Shown piece after piece: positions 54,201-61,190 of a stretch of DNA of 64,000 nt (position 1 is the first letter of the stretch; every line of letters starts with the position of its first letter). This DNA is from Antedon mediterranea (lineage: Eukaryota > Animalia > Echinodermata), in assembly GCF_964355755.1 (NCBI RefSeq), contig NC_092672.1, positions 33,734,437 to 33,798,436 on the forward strand. Reading direction: 5' to 3'. Below the pieces are notes generated by a model, which searched no databases, was not told the origin of the DNA, and saw only the letters and a list, made by a program, of their open reading frames with translations. A program made the translations under genes and the position numbers.

Positions 54201-57200
54201 AATTTAACTGATGAATTATTCATGTTTATTTTGTGACGTTTCATCAGGGGGTCCCCAACTTATGTACGAAAAAAAAAATCGCGGCCGGGCGACTAAACAC
54301 CGTATCCAGCAGTCATCACTAGGCCTAGCTAGCTCCAGGCCATGGCATTGTCAAACACCATTTACTCGTCCAACCGTTTCTTCAAAACGATGTTAACACC
54401 CGTGTTAACAAGACGATGTGGACGAATTTCCATCAATTTCAGTTAATTACAACGAAATAATAATAAAATGAATGTTTCAATAATACGTGTATAATAAATA
54501 GCGAAATAAACATCGCTCGCGAGGAGGGTTGAGAGAGAGGCCAAGGTGGTCGACTCTGTGATTCTCACGCATGCGCAAAATAACTCCGTGTACCCAGCAA
54601 GATAGGCATTTGGCTATGAATTTCGTAAAAGATGGCCTTGAAAAACGAAATTAAAATCCGTTTAAAAAAAAAATTGGTTGATAATATGAATTAATTTTAT
54701 TCGATTAGGCTAACATACTTATCCAAGAATAAAAATATCAAAGCAATAAGTAATTACTACCATGCTTTTGCATCAATCAATGATTTACTGCTAAATTCCT
54801 ATCTCTGTAATACAAAAATAACTTTTAGTGACGTCACAAAAAGTTTTTCACAGGTTTCTCAGGGGCGTTTTGAGGGCGTTGTCGTCCTCCAAAACATTAA
54901 GTATGACTATGGCAAGCTTAAAACTGATTGATCTACACGTTGAGCCAATAAAATGATATTGCTAGGAACCCTTTCATATCCATTTTAAGAGCTTCGGCTC
55001 ATTGCATACCCGTTTTGTATCAAATACGTTTTCCGTTCATTATGATTTGTATTAAACTTTAAGAAATATTCTTGTGAAAGAAATACTGTGTATATATATT
55101 CTGTTGATACAAATAAATGGTACGTAAAGTACCGCGAATGATGATGTAGTCATATCATCTTCAATGGTTCGAGGCTCACTCGCTCCATGATTCTGGAGGT
55201 AGAACTAGTCTTCCCGGATAAAGACTATAAACCATAGTTCCAGTGTACACATCTGGCTCATGTGTACTTTAAAGAACCTTGTACATCTTTCACGTCTAGT
55301 AGGGTGTTACCCCAGTGTACTAGTTCACACACACAGCCACTGTCACAAACTCATCATATATATATACATATATATATATATATACTCGTTAAGGCATCCT
55401 GTAATTGGCGATATTGCTGTTAGATGTGCTGTATGTTCGTTCATTCATTTTATTTATTTGCACAAAGCAAAATTCAAAATATGTTAACAAAATATGAATC
55501 AAATTAATAGTTAATGCCTTATAATCAAATAAGCTCAGAGAGCTTTAAGACAGGTTCCACCAGGAAAAAAGTTGTTATAATATAATAATAATATATACAG
55601 TTTGGATCAATGTTCATAGACAGAGACAAACAGGGGTAACAGACGGTACATACACTACGCAAGAGACCAAGTGTGGACGAAGACAAGACAAACAAACAAA
55701 GAAATAAAATTAAATAAAATTGCAAACATCACTATTCAAAATGTTTTATTTTCTCAATGTAGACATCCCTCAAACCTGATGTTGGATAGACTCACTGGTA
55801 AGATATTGCACATTGATTTCGGTGACTGTTTTGAAGTTGCCATGACCAGAGAGAAATTCCCTGAGAAGATTCCATTCCGTTTGACACGCATGCTGATTAA
55901 CGCGATGGAGGTATAAATCAACATGTGATTTAGTTAAAGATTGTGAAATACATTACATCATAATTTGAAATAATACATTTTAAACACGTATTTTTTAACA
56001 ACCAATAGTAATGCTTAAATTGTAAATCATTGAAAAAGAAAAAAAAATCAGTTTACATGTGACAGATATAGTTATTAATTTACATATGCAATTTACATAT
56101 TTACAGATGACGTGGTTATAGATGTTAATTTTCACATGCAATTTACATATTTATAGGTGACTGGTATAGATGGTAATTATCGAATCACGTGTGAAAGTGT
56201 AATGGACGTTTTAAGAGCACACAAGGACAGTATTATGGCCGTATTAGAGGCATTTGTCTATGACCCTTTACTCAACTGGAGGCTCATGGACTGTAAGTTA
56301 TGTTATGCATCTGATATGCTATATATAAGTAGTGCAAATATCCTAACTTTACCTACAGTAGTAATTGAGACCCAAAAAGGTGTCCTATTTCTTAATAAGG
56401 TGTCCCCTGAATAGAGGCCATATAGTCTTAAAGAAGACACTTTTAGGATTTTGAATGAGGCCCAGGGCCTACAAATTGTCAACTAATGTACTATCTTTTG
56501 CATTGAAAATTGTAGGCGGGACCCTTGGATCCGCCTATGAGTGACCTATGAGTGACCCTAGAATAAGGATGTCCCAAAATAGGGGTTCTTTTGTAACTGC
56601 ATACTATTCTTTGTTGTTTTATCTTCCAGCAACTCCAAAAGGAAAACGATCAAAATCACGAACCGAATACTCCAGTAGTCAAACAGGTAATAATAGTTTA
56701 GTATATTAAGCTCTACCTACACTATCAAACTAGTTTGACAAAAAAAGTGTAGTGTGGCCAAATATGGTAGCGATGATGCTTAAATATATATTGAATGAAT
56801 AAAGAAATAAATTTGATTGTTATATGACAGTGGCAATAACATTGTGTGCTCCACTGTATACTAAAGTCTACACTATCAAAAGAGTTCGACAAAAAATGTG
56901 TGATGTGCCCAAATATGGTAGTGATGTGACATCATCCTGTCCATATGGGCTCATCACATTTTTTGTCACATAAAGTTTGATAGTGTAGACAGAGCTTAAG
57001 CTGTCTGTGTACACTGTACCTACAGTTTACTTTGAATGTATTGATCTCTTTTCTAGACATCTCAGATGAACTACATGGTGAGACACCATCTCAAAAGAAG
57101 CCAGCCAATCCTGGATCCTCTGTGCAATCATATGGTGAGTATGATCAAATTTGATGTGTAATATTGTAATGCTCCTTGCTCCTGCCATCTCAATTTAATG

Positions 57201-60200
57201 GCCAACAATATATTTTATCATCTTTGATTTAGATATCATAGATATTTATAAACCCAAAGCCAAAATAAATAGGACAAACCTATATTAGATGTTAAAGTGG
57301 ATGGATTTATTAAAATATTAATAGATAATTGTATAAAGAAACGGATGAAAGTATAAAATATGCATATAGATATGAAAAAAACAAAAATAAGAAAAAATGT
57401 TAATGTAAATGTGTTAGAAGAGATTATTTGTATAAAAAGAGGAAAGCAGTTCTAGTAGAAATTTTATAGGAAAAGATACAAACAAAAAATAATTGAAAAT
57501 GTGATAATATTTTACGAAATGAATACAACTTTATAAAAAATGTGTAAGCAGATGATAAAAACAAACATTGTTATAGAATACTAATAGGCAAAGTGTACTG
57601 AAATGAAATGTTTTTAGAGAAAACTATATGTGAAGAGATAAGGAACTTATGTATGGAAGTAAAAGATACACCCTAAAGCTCTATCTACACTATCAAACTA
57701 GTTTGACAACAAAAGTGTGATGTGCCCAAATATAGTAGTGATATGACATCATCATGCCCTTATATGGGTACATCACATTTTTTTGTCACATAAAGTTTGA
57801 TAGTGGAGACAGAGCTTAAGATAAAAAAAAATCTTTGTTTTAGATGGTGAGAGCGGCATTCAGCCGGAAGCGCTGAACAAAAAAGCAGTTGCAATTATAA
57901 ACAGAGTACGCAAGAAGTTAACAGGTAAAGTGCACTCAATAATTTGTTTATAGAAACAGTTGGCATCTTACTTTCTTCTTTTTTTTTTGATAAACTTGAA
58001 TACATCAAGTTAAGGCATATTATTTATTTATTCTTTATTTCGTCATCAAATGTACATATATAGTACAATATTACAGATACAAAGCTCTTTAACTAATACA
58101 TCATTACATAATAAAACAATACCATAATAATACAAAGCCGATGGACCACAAACTGGTAATATGTTCATTAAATCTCTTTGAGTAAAAATCCCCAGCTTGC
58201 ATCCATTGATGAGCCGTGCATAGCTTGAAAGTATTTTGCTAAATTGTCTAAACTAGATGGTACGCTCGCTTCGCTCGCGTACCATCTAGGTCTTGCCCAC
58301 AGATGGTTCTCGAATACATAATCATTTCAGCGTTAAAAAACTGGCGATTTCAAATGTACAATAATGCAGGACAATAATATATGTCGTTTACAGGAACGAA
58401 TAAATAGACACTGTGATTTATGTACTCAACTAAAATTAGCACTCTGGGAATTTACTTCAGAAAGAGAAACTTGTCACAAAATGAGACCAATTGTTTAAGT
58501 CAAATTTAAACAAACTTAATTTGTGTTTTGTATGTAACATTAGGGTTGAGGGGTGGGGAAGAGGATGGGTGCAAAGAGGAACAATTTTTAAATATATTCT
58601 TTATCCATAGTAACGAAATATTAATTGTTTTCATGTTTTACAACACTACACTACACTCTATTCGGGGAAAATCATAAATTCGATTTAATCGTCAATAAAT
58701 ATTAAAAATTAATTATATAACTCCACTTAATTATTAGGCCTAATGGTTTTCAATTGTTTCTTAGAGCCAATTCATACTTAAGTTGGTTCCTACCCTACCC
58801 ATCAAAGTTGTTCTGCGTTTAGGGCATGTGATGTACCGTAGGCCTATCCTCTACTGGTTTTACAACGCTACTCATGACAGTGAGGGAAGGGTGATGATGT
58901 GGGTGGTTTAACTGCAATAATAAAGATGTATACATAATATACGGCGAGTGAAAACGCCAGCACATTATCCGTTTAAAAAAATTTATATCCAACCTCTGCA
59001 GCACAGACTGAAAAAAAAAATGGATCGAATTTCTGTTATGAGTATACAGTACTTGCCTTTACGACGCCTGAGGGAATAGACGCTTGTGGAACAGAGATTG
59101 GAATGTTCCATTCATCGCAAATCAATACATTTGTATAAACGTATATTAAATCTATCAAAATAGTATTTTTTAAAGAAAATCGGCCTGTCTTCAACATTAT
59201 GATACTGTACTCTAGCTGTTCAACCGGTTTTCAGCTATTAAAATCAATTATCATAGGAGGAGATAGGAAAATGCGAAGCCTCCTCGCATTTTTGTGGCGG
59301 GTATATTTCAAGACGGACATCCATTAGACAGTGTATACCACGATCGGAAAACACCCCAATTTGGGGCAAATCGTTGAACCTAAATTCGTTTTAATCGTCA
59401 ATAACTAATTATCTAACTTAATTTAATTAGCAAACAGGGTTACATCAGGTGGTTAAAATCAGTATCGAAAGTACGAACCAACTTTATATACCATCGAGTA
59501 AAAATTCTAGAAGTAAGGCGCGATTTACCGAATTTTGCCCTTACGTAAATTTATATATATATAGATGATTATAAAATCAAATAGTACTGGGTATTGTCTG
59601 TTAAAATAAAGACTACAGAGTATCACAACCTAAATGACCTAATTTTGAGATATATTAAAACTGTATTAGAGTTAACACCTCAACCATACACTACTTTGAC
59701 AAACTCCTCCTGTTATATTTTAATATAGGTCGAGACTTTTCAGCAGAATCCACGCTGGATGTGAAGAAACAGGTTGAGTTACTGATAGAACAAGCGACGT
59801 CACATGAGAACCTATGTCAATGCTATATTGGATGGTAAAATACGTTTAATTTTTATGAAATTTTAATATTTTGATATTGTATATATATATATGTATATCA
59901 CTTAAACTTTTAGGACCCAGCAAAGTTTGGGTTCCTCTGAATGAGGGCCCCTCAAAATCAGCTTCCGCTGGCTGGGTCACCCTCTTGAAATATGGTTGAA
60001 TAAATAAATAAATAAATAATAGATATTGGCCGTAGATGTTAAATCATTGTGTGTTTAACAGTAAAATGCCCCCTAATTTGGAGTATCTCTCTATTACTAC
60101 TATTAGTATTATATATTGTTAATTAATGATCTTGAGATTTCATATACAAAATGTATTTAATAGTATTCTATATTTAAATAACAAATATTTTTATTTCCAG

Positions 60201-60216
60201 GTGCCCGTTCTGGTAA
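186..60216 (+). CDS. MTOR: Serine/threonine-protein kinase mTOR, 5'-partial; 46 coding exons in the window
   Basis: All exons are bounded by AG/GT and join in frame. They give hallmark TOR peptides: [29 protein letters not shown] (FRB), [34 protein letters not shown] and the C-terminal [12 protein letters not shown]. Confidence 0.98.
414..550 (+). CDS. MTOR: mTOR exon 2
   Basis: [19 protein letters not shown]...LPNKEHTY; cag/gttagt. Confidence 0.9.
603..988 (+). mobile_element. 5S rRNA/tRNA-headed Deu-domain SINE, degenerate copy
   Basis: Partly deleted 5S head (ggccatac...ctggatgggagacc...gtgctgta), tRNA-like A/B boxes, Deu-like core; homologous to 61191-61634. Confidence 0.8.
1004..1135 (+). 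CDS. MTOR: mTOR exon 3
   Basis: [17 protein letters not shown]...[10 protein letters not shown]. Confidence 0.95.
1170..1595. repeat. Tandem repeat, about 97-bp unit x4.3, each unit with a cactgtgctc...gagcacagtg hairpin
   Basis: Direct reading of the units. Confidence 0.9.
2456..2616 (+). CDS. MTOR: mTOR exon 4
   Basis: [10 protein letters not shown]...[25 protein letters not shown]. Confidence 0.93.
2877..3076 (+). CDS. MTOR: mTOR exon 5
   Basis: [28 protein letters not shown]. Confidence 0.93.
3107..3345. mobile_element. TTAA-flanked (Kolobok-like) MITE family D
   Basis: ttaa|agatgtatt...ggacaatacatct|ttaa; internal aaaatccattggctggcagccaatt shared with about 23280-23445, 31790-31930 and 35415-35600; related ends at 17698-18040. 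Confidence 0.7.
3455..3554 (+). CDS. MTOR: mTOR exon 6
   Basis: [19 protein letters not shown]. Confidence 0.92.
3555..3670. repeat. 24-bp tandem repeat (gtatgtaaatttgtatgttaatta) x about 5
   Basis: Begins at the exon 6 splice donor. Confidence 0.9.
3671..4925. mobile_element. Non-autonomous PIF/Harbinger-type DNA transposon
   Basis: About 35-bp TIRs ggccaaataaaaaaa(t/c)atacttgttaagcgtcac; TTA TSD at 3668-3670 and 4926-4928. Confidence 0.85.
5037..5242 (+). CDS. MTOR: mTOR exon 7
   Basis: [25 protein letters not shown]...LRKTLIQ. Confidence 0.95.
5465..5587 (+). CDS. MTOR: mTOR exon 8
   Basis: [38 protein letters not shown]. Confidence 0.95.
5958..6041 (+). CDS. MTOR: mTOR exon 9
   Basis: [28 protein letters not shown]. 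Confidence 0.95.
6723..6815 (+). CDS. MTOR: mTOR exon 10
   Basis: [31 protein letters not shown]. Confidence 0.95.
6971..7395 (-). mobile_element. Tandemly duplicated fragment of the tRNA-Deu SINE
   Basis: About 170-bp direct duplication (gcctgctagaag...acctacggtttataatc) matching 50810-51151. Confidence 0.75.
7492..7626 (+). CDS. MTOR: mTOR exon 11
   Basis: [38 protein letters not shown]. Confidence 0.95.
7661..7796. mobile_element. MITE family A copy
   Basis: TIRs and TAA TSD; directly followed by a partial family B MITE. Confidence 0.85.
8037..8169 (+). CDS. MTOR: mTOR exon 12
   Basis: [17 protein letters not shown]. Confidence 0.93.
8287..8427. repeat. 17-bp minisatellite (gggcc(c/t)(a/c)agagctcaa(a/g)) x about 8
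   Basis: Direct reading. Confidence 0.9.
8713..8963 (+). CDS. MTOR: mTOR exon 13
   Basis: SEMLVSM...[15 protein letters not shown]...[11 protein letters not shown]. Confidence 0.95.
9407..9493 (+). CDS. MTOR: mTOR exon 14
   Basis: [29 protein letters not shown]. Confidence 0.95.
9609..9776 (+). CDS. MTOR: mTOR exon 15
   Basis: [14 protein letters not shown]...[12 protein letters not shown]. Confidence 0.95.
10120..10232 (+). CDS. MTOR: mTOR exon 16
   Basis: [21 protein letters not shown]. Confidence 0.95.
10634..10889 (+). CDS. MTOR: mTOR exon 17
   Basis: [19 protein letters not shown]...[17 protein letters not shown]. Confidence 0.95.
11210..11353 (+). CDS. MTOR: mTOR exon 18
   Basis: [10 protein letters not shown]...[13 protein letters not shown]; phase 0 at both ends. 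Confidence 0.88.
11610..11752 (+). CDS. MTOR: mTOR exon 19
   Basis: [25 protein letters not shown]. Confidence 0.95.
12192..12354 (+). CDS. MTOR: mTOR exon 20
   Basis: [14 protein letters not shown]...[16 protein letters not shown]. Confidence 0.95.
12464..12605 (+). mobile_element. Fragment of the 5S/Deu SINE (core only)
   Basis: ttaggcaagat...ccttcagatgggaagtaaagctgttggtcc...gatcgtctcccagtgtgctg matches the copies at 603 and 61191. Confidence 0.75.
12968..13101 (+). CDS. MTOR: mTOR exon 21 (start of FAT)
   Basis: [31 protein letters not shown]. Confidence 0.95.
13470..13548 (+). CDS. MTOR: mTOR exon 22
   Basis: [18 protein letters not shown]. Confidence 0.93.
13696..13835 (+). CDS. MTOR: mTOR exon 23
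   Basis: [13 protein letters not shown]...[12 protein letters not shown]. Confidence 0.95.
14256..14472 (+). CDS. MTOR: mTOR exon 24
   Basis: [18 protein letters not shown]...DGAFYRAVL. Confidence 0.95.
17025..17210 (+). CDS. MTOR: mTOR exon 25
   Basis: [13 protein letters not shown]...QYKLVPER...WWDRLQ. Confidence 0.95.
17325..17582 (+). CDS. MTOR: mTOR exon 26
   Basis: [12 protein letters not shown]...LKYASLCRK...AYMKHMWK. Confidence 0.95.
18117..18235 (+). CDS. MTOR: mTOR exon 27
   Basis: [11 protein letters not shown]...ELQKLLA. Confidence 0.92.
18670..18787 (+). CDS. MTOR: mTOR exon 28
   Basis: CYLKLGEWQ...[14 protein letters not shown]. Confidence 0.95.
19277..19498 (+). CDS. MTOR: mTOR exon 29
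   Basis: [17 protein letters not shown] followed by an acidic low-complexity insert. Confidence 0.9.
19600..20252. repeat. Minisatellite (gacccctctaatt-type monomers) with a higher-order unit of about 108 bp
   Basis: Near-identical higher-order copies at about 19853-20252. Confidence 0.85.
21860..22183. repeat. Local duplication with TAGTTAACTA palindromic microrepeats
   Basis: Two copies of agttaactactag...ttgcaattttctttattc...attagaaataaaa. Confidence 0.8.
22228..22422 (+). CDS. MTOR: mTOR exon 30
   Basis: [32 protein letters not shown]...IDTWLQ; a second in-frame acceptor lies 9 nt downstream. Confidence 0.9.
25770..26621 (-). CDS. Secreted collagen-C1q domain protein (C1q/TNF-related, CTRP3/C1QTNF3-like), 283 aa, nested antisense in an mTOR intron
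   Basis: ATG at 26621 ([24 protein letters not shown] signal peptide), CSSCC cluster, about 26 uninterrupted Gly-X-Y triplets, and a gC1q domain (VAFSA...FDQYTGIFT...GAYAFIFH...NSVILEL..DQVWLQL...TTFMGHLLF). The CDS has no intron. Confidence 0.93.
   Translation of the reverse strand: MDRYICSLFVLVLGFLFISDIANAAKSDNANKYIPNSKAKLLKAKKANGDTEQDTCSSCCVRGDPGAPGPPGNPGIPGMPGNHGANGHNGLQGLQGIKGENGKDGVIGIDGEKGDRGPKGPSGQRGHPGLQGRAGPRGPPGSGETQKTNVNVAFSAARVSALAATADMDEVLTYASLFINVGDCFDQYTGIFTTKVHGAYAFIFHIHTASRTSSPYVKLMKNGEVQVAVHDYDSSDAYDSTSNSVILELMRSDQVWLQLDQGNELHSNNNRYTTFMGHLLFTL
28372..28612. repeat. Degenerate gaatagggg(ta)tccct minisatellite
   Basis: Direct reading, including an exact duplication of about 55 bp. 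Confidence 0.8.
30470..30634. repeat. About 83-bp tandem duplication
   Basis: agtcaattactcta...gcgggcgccctactcc x2. Confidence 0.85.
30766..30973. mobile_element. MITE family A copy containing a 30-bp palindromic insertion
   Basis: TTA TSD on both sides; internal insertion at 30874-30903. Confidence 0.85.
32539..32751. mobile_element. MITE family E (actgcagttactgcagtaactacatttt TIRs)
   Basis: About 45-bp inverted termini; related copies at about 18250-18570, 24355-24557, 27030-27220, 38495-38670 and 41805-41990. Confidence 0.7.
34170..34383. repeat. 33-bp minisatellite (agcataccctcggtgtagccctgccctggatat) x about 6
   Basis: Direct reading; abuts the left TIR of the Harbinger element. Confidence 0.9.
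34391..36863. mobile_element. Harbinger-type transposon carrying a decayed MADF-BESS gene
   Basis: Perfect 32-bp TIRs aggcctgtgcacaccgaacgcgaagccgcgaa; TAA TSD at 34388-34390 and 36864-36866. Confidence 0.9.
35850..36584 (-). pseudogene. MADF (Myb/SANT-like)-BESS pseudogene inside the Harbinger element
   Basis: [19 protein letters not shown]...VEECQK...KRVRDQFVK followed by gtgagt; a downstream exon reads [31 protein letters not shown]. Contains stops and frameshifts. Confidence 0.7.
39481..39665. mobile_element. Harbinger-like MITE family B
   Basis: TIR agg(c/t)c(a/g)atttacacagacgag with TTA/TAA TSD; copies at 39123-39303, 10284-10445 and 7800-7950 (partial). Confidence 0.8.
41247..41524. 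mobile_element. MITE with internal aattaaccgata repeats
   Basis: ggctgtgtttccga...tcggaagcacggcc termini; 3-bp TAT flanks. Confidence 0.65.
42925..43110. mobile_element. MITE
   Basis: 18-bp perfect inverted termini cagtggccgtattcacca / tggtgaatacggccactg. Confidence 0.7.
44705..45310. repeat. Diverged tandem duplication (acctgaat...ggaaggttt...tacccattcatt...aaacatgatgcatcaaa)
   Basis: Two to three overlapping diverged copies. Confidence 0.65.
46614..46712 (+). CDS. MTOR: mTOR exon 31
   Basis: [33 protein letters not shown]. Confidence 0.95.
46904..47026 (+). CDS. MTOR: mTOR exon 32
   Basis: [12 protein letters not shown]...[10 protein letters not shown]. Confidence 0.95.
47362..47544 (+). 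CDS. MTOR: mTOR exon 33 (FRB)
   Basis: [30 protein letters not shown]...KETSFNQ. Confidence 0.97.
47764..47898 (+). CDS. MTOR: mTOR exon 34 (FRB)
   Basis: [13 protein letters not shown]...[23 protein letters not shown]. Confidence 0.97.
47996..48170 (+). CDS. MTOR: mTOR exon 35
   Basis: [11 protein letters not shown]...[11 protein letters not shown]. Confidence 0.97.
48239..48417. mobile_element. Tc1/mariner (pogo/Tigger-like) MITE family C
   Basis: cagtcaactctc...gagagttgactg termini with a TA flank; copies at about 16762-16937, 22669-22849 and 45735-45860. Confidence 0.75.
48461..48596 (+). CDS. MTOR: mTOR exon 36 (kinase N-lobe)
   Basis: [26 protein letters not shown]. Confidence 0.97.
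48696..48843 (+). CDS. MTOR: mTOR exon 37
   Basis: [33 protein letters not shown]. Confidence 0.97.
48971..49093 (+). CDS. MTOR: mTOR exon 38
   Basis: [20 protein letters not shown]...LWLKSPSSE. Confidence 0.97.
49329..49411 (+). CDS. MTOR: mTOR exon 39
   Basis: [27 protein letters not shown]. Confidence 0.97.
50810..51151 (-). mobile_element. tRNA-headed Deu/Nin-domain SINE, full length
   Basis: A box TGGCCGAGCGG, B box GGTTCGAG, core cggataaggactataaaccgtaggtcc...gagtagggggttaccccggtgt, (AAAC)-type tail. Fragments at about 7013-7395, 11430-11510 and 55165-55350. Confidence 0.85.
52062..54282. mobile_element. Mutator/MULE-type non-autonomous element
   Basis: Long (about 150-bp) TIRs gcgattttttttttcgtacataagttgggg...; 9-bp TSD ggccgggcg at 52053-52061 and 54283-54291. 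Confidence 0.85.
52849..54152. mobile_element. P-element-like non-autonomous transposon
   Basis: 34-bp perfect TIRs catggattaaagaatagaaggatatgcatcgacg; 7-bp TSD gtataat at 52842-52848 and 54153-54159; inserted in the right TIR of the MULE. Confidence 0.85.
55165..55350 (+). mobile_element. tRNA-Deu SINE fragment
   Basis: ggttcgaggctcact...cggataaagactataaacc...tttaaagaacc...cacagccactgtcac. Confidence 0.75.
55763..55910 (+). CDS. MTOR: mTOR exon 40 (catalytic and activation loops)
   Basis: [44 protein letters not shown]. Confidence 0.97.
56157..56292 (+). CDS. MTOR: mTOR exon 41
   Basis: [12 protein letters not shown]...[19 protein letters not shown]. Confidence 0.97.
56630..56686 (+). CDS. 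MTOR: mTOR exon 42
   Basis: [18 protein letters not shown]; phase 1/1. Confidence 0.88.
57057..57134 (+). CDS. MTOR: mTOR exon 43
   Basis: [25 protein letters not shown]; phase 1/1. Confidence 0.85.
57677..57816. mobile_element. Tourist/Harbinger-like MITE family A (about 140-160 bp)
   Basis: TIR agctctgtctacactatcaaact with TAA/TTA TSD. Other copies at 7661-7796, 9181-9316, 18934-19081, 27822-27956, 30766-30973, 40350-40508, 46476-46597 and 56709-56996. Confidence 0.88.
57844..57924 (+). CDS. MTOR: mTOR exon 44
   Basis: [21 protein letters not shown]. Confidence 0.95.
58253..59565 (-). mobile_element. Non-autonomous Helitron
   Basis: The minus strand starts TCTATATATATAT and ends with a GC-rich hairpin (tagatggtacgc-gagcgaagcga-gcgtaccatcta) and CTAG. 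It is inserted between A and T with no TSD. Confidence 0.82.
59729..59834 (+). CDS. MTOR: mTOR exon 45 (FATC)
   Basis: RDF...[26 protein letters not shown]. Confidence 0.96.
60201..60216 (+). CDS. MTOR: mTOR last coding exon
   Basis: ttccag|G TGC CCG TTC TGG TAA completes WCPFW*. Confidence 0.96.
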
Positions 60217-61146
60217 CAAATCATGGAGATCGTCAAGAACCAACATTTTTTTCAGTCCTGAAAACAAATTTTAAAATGATTAAATTTGGGTTTTTGGACT
60301 AAATATATAAAAGAAATCCCCAATATTATATACATGTGTGTATAAAGTATAGTGGATAAATATTTCAGTTAATTACTCTATATATGTGCTGTATATACAG
60401 GGCTGCCATTTATCACACATACTATTTTGAAAATTGTATGTATTAAGAAAAATCATTGACTTAAATAGAGTTAAAGATGATTTTTTGCTATGTGGGTGAT
60501 AAAACTGACTCCAGATGAATGAGTTATTTAATATTAGTCATCAAAGCTTATGAATTAAGCTGAATAATAATTATTATTTTGTTTTTGTTGATAACTACTA
60601 GAGTTTAATCCACTCCCTCCCTCCTCCCAGCCCTTTCGAGGCTGTAAATAGAATCATGATAGAGCAATGATTATACAGTATGTATTAATATCATTAAAGA
60701 ATTAACGTAAGATTATAAGTTGAAAAACTTTCAAAGAAACAAATATGTACGAAAGGCTGATAATGTTATGAATTAAAATAATATGATTTCATCGTTATCA
60801 GTGTTTGGAATTGAGGTAAGCTGATAAAATTGATTGAGATGATACAATTTGCATCAATGGTAACGATGTCGAATAATCATTTTTTTACCATTAAATATAT
60901 TTTATTATTATGAACACATCAGTAGAACATTAATTCTAAACCACCTGGTGATATACTAAAATTTAATTAATTAATTTGATTGATAGATTTATAAATACAA
61001 TACAGCTAATTTTATTTCAACAATATATTTCCACAGATTTGGTATAAAATTCAAAGATACAAATTATTTGTATCTAAGTAATGGTAAATTGTTTGTCCAA
61101 TATGATGTAAAATATTGGCGTTTTATTTAAATGTAAGAAATTATCA

Positions 61147-61152
61147 AATAAA
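61147..61152 (+). terminator. Candidate mTOR polyadenylation signal
   Basis: AATAAA about 930 nt after the stop codon, followed by T/GT-rich sequence. Confidence 0.45.
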
Positions 61153-61190
61153 CCATTTTTAAAACCATGTTTTTTTAATTTGTGTACAGT

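Larger units (their letters stand above)
49531..54984. mobile_element. Kolobok-type DNA transposon with nested insertions
   Basis: 15-bp TIRs aatggatatgaaagg; TTAA TSD at 49527-49530 and 54985-54988. It splits a repeat whose uninterrupted copy lies at about 1606-1780. Confidence 0.8.
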
